A stretch of 63,886 bases of DNA, counting the filler. It is 7 parts of 7 records of this genome, joined end to end, with 100 filler letters (N's around TTAATTAATTAA, not from the genome) between each part and the next. Parts side by side here need not be neighbours in the genome. Positions count along the whole stretch, not along the records: positions 59,355 to 61,481 come from SRR11831585_141; positions 61,582 to 63,886 come from SRR11831585_172; 5 more parts are not named here. One strand, 5' to 3'. The position numbers were made by a program, and so were the translations under genes. Below the pieces are notes generated by a model. It was given only the letters and a program-made list of their open reading frames with translations. It searched no databases and was not told where the DNA came from. Position 1 is the stretch's first letter. Every line of letters starts with the position of its first letter. Of the stretch, positions 59,518-63,886 are shown piece after piece.

Positions 59518-60729
59518 ATGTCGACTCGTACCCCTTCATCATCTTCATCCCGCCTGATGCTGACCATCGGGCTTTGTTTTTTGGTCGCTCTGATGGAAGG
59601 GCTGGATCTTCAGGCGGCTGGCATTGCGGCGGGTGGCATCGCCCAGGCTTTCGCACTCGATAAAATGCAAATGGGCTGGATATTTAGCGCCGGAATACTC
59701 GGTTTGCTACCCGGCGCGTTGGTTGGCGGAATGCTGGCGGACCGTTATGGTCGCAAGCGCATTTTGATTGGCTCAGTTGCGCTGTTTGGTTTGTTCTCAC
59801 TGGCAACGGCGATTGCCTGGGATTTCCCCTCACTGGTCTTTGCGCGGCTGATGACCGGTGTCGGGCTGGGGGCGGCGTTGCCGAATCTTATCGCCCTGAC
59901 GTCTGAAGCCGCGGGTCCACGTTTTCGTGGGACGGCAGTGAGCCTGATGTATTGCGGTGTTCCCATTGGCGCGGCGCTGGCGGCGACACTGGGTTTCGCG
60001 GGGGCAAACTTAGCATGGCAAACGGTGTTTTGGGTAGGTGGTGTGGTGCCGTTGATTCTGGTGCCGCTATTAATGCGCTGGCTGCCGGAGTCGGCGGTTT
60101 TCGCTGGCGAAAAACAGTCTGCGCCACCACTGCGTGCCTTATTTGCGCCAGAAACGGCAACCGCGACGCTGCTGCTGTGGTTGTGTTATTTCTTCACTCT
60201 GCTGGTGGTCTACATGTTGATCAACTGGCTACCGCTACTTTTGGTGGAGCAAGGATTCCAGCCATCGCAGGCGGCAGGGGTGATGTTTGCCCTGCAAATG
60301 GGGGCGGCAAGCGGGACGTTAATGTTGGGCGCATTGATGGATAAGCTGCGTCCAGTAACCATGTCGCTACTGATTTATAGCGGCATGTTAGCTTCGCTGC
60401 TGGCGCTTGGAACGGTGTCGTCATTTAACGGTATGTTGCTGGCGGGATTTGTCGCGGGGTTGTTTGCGACAGGTGGGCAAAGCGTTTTGTATGCCCTGGC
60501 ACCGTTGTTTTACAGTTCGCAGATCCGCGCAACAGGTGTGGGAACAGCCGTGGCGGTAGGGCGTCTGGGGGCTATGAGCGGTCCGTTACTGGCCGGGAAA
60601 ATGCTGGCATTAGGCACTGGCACGGTCGGCGTAATGGCCGCTTCTGCACCGGGTATTCTTGTTGCTGGGTTGGCGGTGTTTATTTTGATGAGCCGGAGAT
60701 CACGAATACAGCCGTGCGCCGATGCCTGA
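59518..60729 (+). CDS. mhpT: 3-(3-hydroxyphenyl)propionate MFS transporter
   Basis: Start at MSTRTP (403 aa); EGLDLQ, DRYGRK, LPES (aromatic acid:H+ symporter family). Confidence 0.95.
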   Translation: MSTRTPSSSSSRLMLTIGLCFLVALMEGLDLQAAGIAAGGIAQAFALDKMQMGWIFSAGILGLLPGALVGGMLADRYGRKRILIGSVALFGLFSLATAIAWDFPSLVFARLMTGVGLGAALPNLIALTSEAAGPRFRGTAVSLMYCGVPIGAALAATLGFAGANLAWQTVFWVGGVVPLILVPLLMRWLPESAVFAGEKQSAPPLRALFAPETATATLLLWLCYFFTLLVVYMLINWLPLLLVEQGFQPSQAAGVMFALQMGAASGTLMLGALMDKLRPVTMSLLIYSGMLASLLALGTVSSFNGMLLAGFVAGLFATGGQSVLYALAPLFYSSQIRATGVGTAVAVGRLGAMSGPLLAGKMLALGTGTVGVMAASAPGILVAGLAVFILMSRRSRIQPCADA

Positions 60730-60830
60730 CGTGCCTTATTAGGCAGGGGCGAAAGGGACTTCACCCCAATACACCTACGGCGTTTACAGGTATACTCGCT
60801 AAAAATTATTCAGCGGGTTTGGAAACAAAG

Positions 60831-61370
60831 ATGGCAAAACTTACCTTACAAGAGCAGTTGCTCAAAGCAGGATTAGTCACCAGCAAAAAAGCGGCGAAGG
60901 TGGAGAGAACGGCGAAAAAATCGCGCGTTCAGGCGCGTGAAGCTCGGGCGGCGGTAGAAGAAAATAAAAAGGCACAGCTTGAGCGTGATAAACAGCTTAG
61001 CGAACAGCAAAAACAAGCGGCGTTGGCGAAAGAATATAAAGCTCAGGTGAAGCAGCTTATTGAAATGAACCGAATCACCATTGCCAATGGCGATATTGGT
61101 TTTAACTTCACTGACGGCAATCTGATTAAGAAGATTTTTGTCGATAAGCTCACACAGGCGCAGTTGATTAATGGTCGTCTGGCGATTGCCCGCTTGTTGG
61201 TCGATAACAATAGCGAAGGTGAATACGCCATTATTCCCGCCAGCGTTGCCGATAAAATTGCTCAGCGCGATGCCAGCAGTATAGTGTTGCACAGCGCGCT
61301 CAGCGCCGAAGAGCAGGATGAAGACGACCCGTATGCCGACTTCAAAGTGCCTGATGATTTGATGTGGTAA
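60831..61370 (+). CDS. yaiL: DUF2058 family protein
   Basis: MAKLTLQEQLLKAGL ... VPDDLMW (179 aa). Confidence 0.94.
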   Translation: MAKLTLQEQLLKAGLVTSKKAAKVERTAKKSRVQAREARAAVEENKKAQLERDKQLSEQQKQAALAKEYKAQVKQLIEMNRITIANGDIGFNFTDGNLIKKIFVDKLTQAQLINGRLAIARLLVDNNSEGEYAIIPASVADKIAQRDASSIVLHSALSAEEQDEDDPYADFKVPDDLMW

Positions 61371-61392
61371 ACATAGATAAGTCGTGCGCAGA

Positions 61393-61481
61393 TGCCTGAT
61401 GCGACGCTATGCGCGTCTTATCAGGCCTACGGTTTATGGGCGAAGTGTAGACCGGATAAGACGTTTACGCCGCATCCGGCA
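61393..61481. repeat. REP/BIME pair at contig end
   Basis: TGCCTGATGCGACGC...TTATCAGGCCTAC and inverted GTAGACCGGATAAG...GCATCCGGCA. Confidence 0.9.
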
Positions 61482-61581
61482 NNNNNNNNNNNNNNNNNNN
61501 NNNNNNNNNNNNNNNNNNNNNNNNNTTAATTAATTAANNNNNNNNNNNNNNNNNNNNNNNNNNNNNNNNNNNNNNNNNNNN
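61482..61581. other. Artificial contig spacer
   Basis: N44-TTAATTAATTAA-N44. Confidence 0.99.
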
Positions 61582-61663
61582 CTTCTACCTGCGCACACAG
61601 TTCTTTCGACTCTTCTTCTTTTTGGGCAAGCTTAAATAACAACTCAGCAATGAGATTTTTCAT
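61582..61663 (-). CDS. iraP: RssB anti-adaptor IraP, 5' part only (not in ORF track)
   Basis: Translates as [35 protein letters not shown]; divergent from ddlA. Confidence 0.92.
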
Positions 61664-62125
61664 GTCTGTATTTCCTTATCCAAAGTATGGAGAAGTTAAC
61701 ATTATGTTTCACAACTTCATAGTGTCTGGAAGTATTATTTTTATGACAAAGGAAATACTTTGCGCAAATATTTTTTGTTTGATTACCAGCGAAACGTTTC
61801 TCTTATTTAAATAATTACCCACACAAAATATAGGCTTTTAATTATCAACCTTTATTATAAATAAAAGTTATGAAATATATTCTCTTCGTTAACTTATAAT
61901 TAAGAGAAAAAAACTCACCGCATGGCCATTTAAGCCAGGAATAAATTAGCTTCCCGTTCATCATTTTTGTGATCTTGCGCACATCTTTGAGATAACGCAC
62001 TTTCTTCACCAGTACGTTGCACGCTTTGTCAGCAGAAGATTGCAACAATCTTTCAGAAGGCCGCGAATCCCCCGTTTTGTCGTGGTAATGTATGCACTTT
62101 GTGTTAGACGGGATAGGTTTTTAAG

Positions 62126-63220
62126 ATGGAAAAACTGCGGGTAGGAATCGTTTTTGGTGGTAAATCAGCGGAACATGAAGTGTCTCTGCAATCGGCAAAA
62201 AACATTGTCGATGCCATTGATAAAAGTCGCTTCGACGTTGTGCTGCTGGGCATTGATAAACAAGGGCAATGGCACGTCAGCGATGCCAGCAATTATCTGC
62301 TAAATGCAGACGATCCTGCCCATATTGCGTTGCGCCCTTCGGCGACCAGCCTTGCGCAGGTGCCAGGTAAACATGAGCATCAGCTTATCGACGCGCAAAA
62401 CGGTCAGCCGTTGCCGACGGTGGATGTCATTTTCCCGATTGTCCACGGTACGCTGGGCGAAGATGGTTCCTTGCAGGGAATGCTGCGGGTCGCCAATTTA
62501 CCGTTTGTAGGTTCTGATGTTCTGGCTTCAGCAGCCTGTATGGACAAAGATGTCACCAAACGTCTGCTACGCGATGCCGGGCTGAACATTGCGCCATTTA
62601 TTACCCTGACGCGCGCCAATCGTCACAACATTAGTTTTGCCGAAGTGGAGTCTAAACTGGGGTTACCACTGTTTGTAAAACCGGCTAATCAGGGCTCTTC
62701 TGTTGGTGTCAGCAAAGTAACCAGTGAAGAACAGTACGCAATTGCCGTCGATCTGGCGTTCGAGTTCGATCATAAAGTGATCGTTGAGCAAGGGATCAAA
62801 GGTCGTGAGATCGAATGCGCAGTTCTGGGCAACGACAATCCGCAAGCCAGCACCTGTGGAGAGATCGTACTCACCAGCGATTTCTATGCCTACGACACCA
62901 AGTACATTGACGAAGATGGCGCGAAAGTGGTAGTTCCGGCAGCCATTGCGCCAGAAATCAACGATAAGATCCGGGCGATTGCCGTTCAGGCTTATCAAAC
63001 GTTGGGATGCGCAGGCATGGCGCGTGTAGACGTGTTTTTAACCCCAGAGAACGAAGTGGTGATCAACGAGATCAACACCCTGCCTGGCTTCACTAATATC
63101 AGTATGTATCCGAAGCTGTGGCAAGCCAGCGGTCTGGGTTACACCGATCTGATCACACGTTTGATTGAACTGGCGCTGGAGCGTCACGCTGCGGATAACG
63201 CATTGAAAACCACAATGTAA
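62126..63220 (+). CDS. ddlA: D-alanine--D-alanine ligase A
   Basis: 364 aa; [31 protein letters not shown]. Confidence 0.98.
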   Translation: MEKLRVGIVFGGKSAEHEVSLQSAKNIVDAIDKSRFDVVLLGIDKQGQWHVSDASNYLLNADDPAHIALRPSATSLAQVPGKHEHQLIDAQNGQPLPTVDVIFPIVHGTLGEDGSLQGMLRVANLPFVGSDVLASAACMDKDVTKRLLRDAGLNIAPFITLTRANRHNISFAEVESKLGLPLFVKPANQGSSVGVSKVTSEEQYAIAVDLAFEFDHKVIVEQGIKGREIECAVLGNDNPQASTCGEIVLTSDFYAYDTKYIDEDGAKVVVPAAIAPEINDKIRAIAVQAYQTLGCAGMARVDVFLTPENEVVINEINTLPGFTNISMYPKLWQASGLGYTDLITRLIELALERHAADNALKTTM

Positions 63221-63243
63221 TATTTTAACGCCCGATAATATTC

Positions 63244-63456
63244 TTATTGGGCGTTTTCAGTTTCTTCATCGCGACGACGAATAATCAACCCCGCCAGCCA
63301 GAAACTAATCACCCACGTCACCAGACCGACGGCATAGGTCTGCCAACCTTTTGCTTCAAATCCCAGTAACCCCACCACGCCATTAAGAATGAATATAAGG
63401 CCAATGGCGAACGCATAGTAGTGCCAGTCACGGCGGATTTTTACAGGCAGATTCAT
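63244..63456 (-). CDS. yaiZ: Small inner membrane protein (DUF2754)
   Basis: Start at MNLPVKIRRD (70 aa) after GGAG; two TM helices. Confidence 0.88.
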   Translation of the reverse strand: MNLPVKIRRDWHYYAFAIGLIFILNGVVGLLGFEAKGWQTYAVGLVTWVISFWLAGLIIRRRDEETENAQ

Positions 63457-63715
63457 GGCAGCTCCGTTAACGAAAAACAACATCCTTGCATATTCTGCAA
63501 CAACCGTCTGTGGTGTAGACAACATTTTCGTAATTGTTAATAAATTTAACTTAAGGTTGCCATTTTGTGACTCACAACGAAGATTCACGCTTCGGGAATA
63601 TTCCCAACATCAATTTACCATGATTCTGATATTGACAATCTAAATGACCTGTCAGACTTGCCATAAGCCGCTGGTATCACACCAGAAGAGAAGCAGATGA
63701 CTTCCGGAGGTTTTT

Positions 63716-63886
63716 ATGGCTGATTTCACCCTGTCAAAATCGCTGTTTAGCGGAAAATATCGCAATGCCTCTTCAACGCCTGGCAACATTGCCTATGCGT
63801 TGTTTGTGCTGTTTTGCTTTTGGGCTGGGGCGCAATTGCTGAACCTGTTAGTGCATGCGCCCGGCGTCTATGAGCGTTTAATGCAG
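63716..63886 (+). CDS. yaiY: Inner membrane protein (DUF2755), 3'-truncated (not in ORF track)
   Basis: [38 protein letters not shown]..., open to window end. Confidence 0.88.

Overview
This window is not one locus. It is seven contigs joined by six identical 100-nt artificial spacers (N44-TTAATTAATTAA-N44). Six contigs are ordinary Escherichia coli (K-12-like) chromosome from unlinked regions: ygiD-tolC-parE-mdaB (1-10443), alaA-ackA-pta-rpnB-hisJQMP (10544-30069), pxpA-nei-abrB-ybgOPQ (30170-35747), fixABCX-kefFC-folA-apaH-surA-lptD-djlA-yabPQ-rluA-rapA (39356-59254), mhpT-yaiL (59355-61481) and iraP-ddlA-yaiZ-yaiY (61582-63886). The fourth contig (35848-39255) is eukaryotic. It carries a minus-strand canonical nuclear poly(A) polymerase gene that I spliced by hand into 13 exons and 12 GT-AG introns with consistent phases (about 507 codons, 3'-truncated). 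The ORF track shows it only as fragments. It most likely comes from an intron-rich microbial eukaryote co-assembled with E. coli and is not evidence of gene transfer. Other points: -1 frameshifts in yfbS and ybgQ, the split yabP/yabQ effector-like remnant, and an intragenic small-protein start in rpnB. I found no support for a previously undescribed bacterial system. Gene names come from my recognition of the protein sequences, not from a database search.
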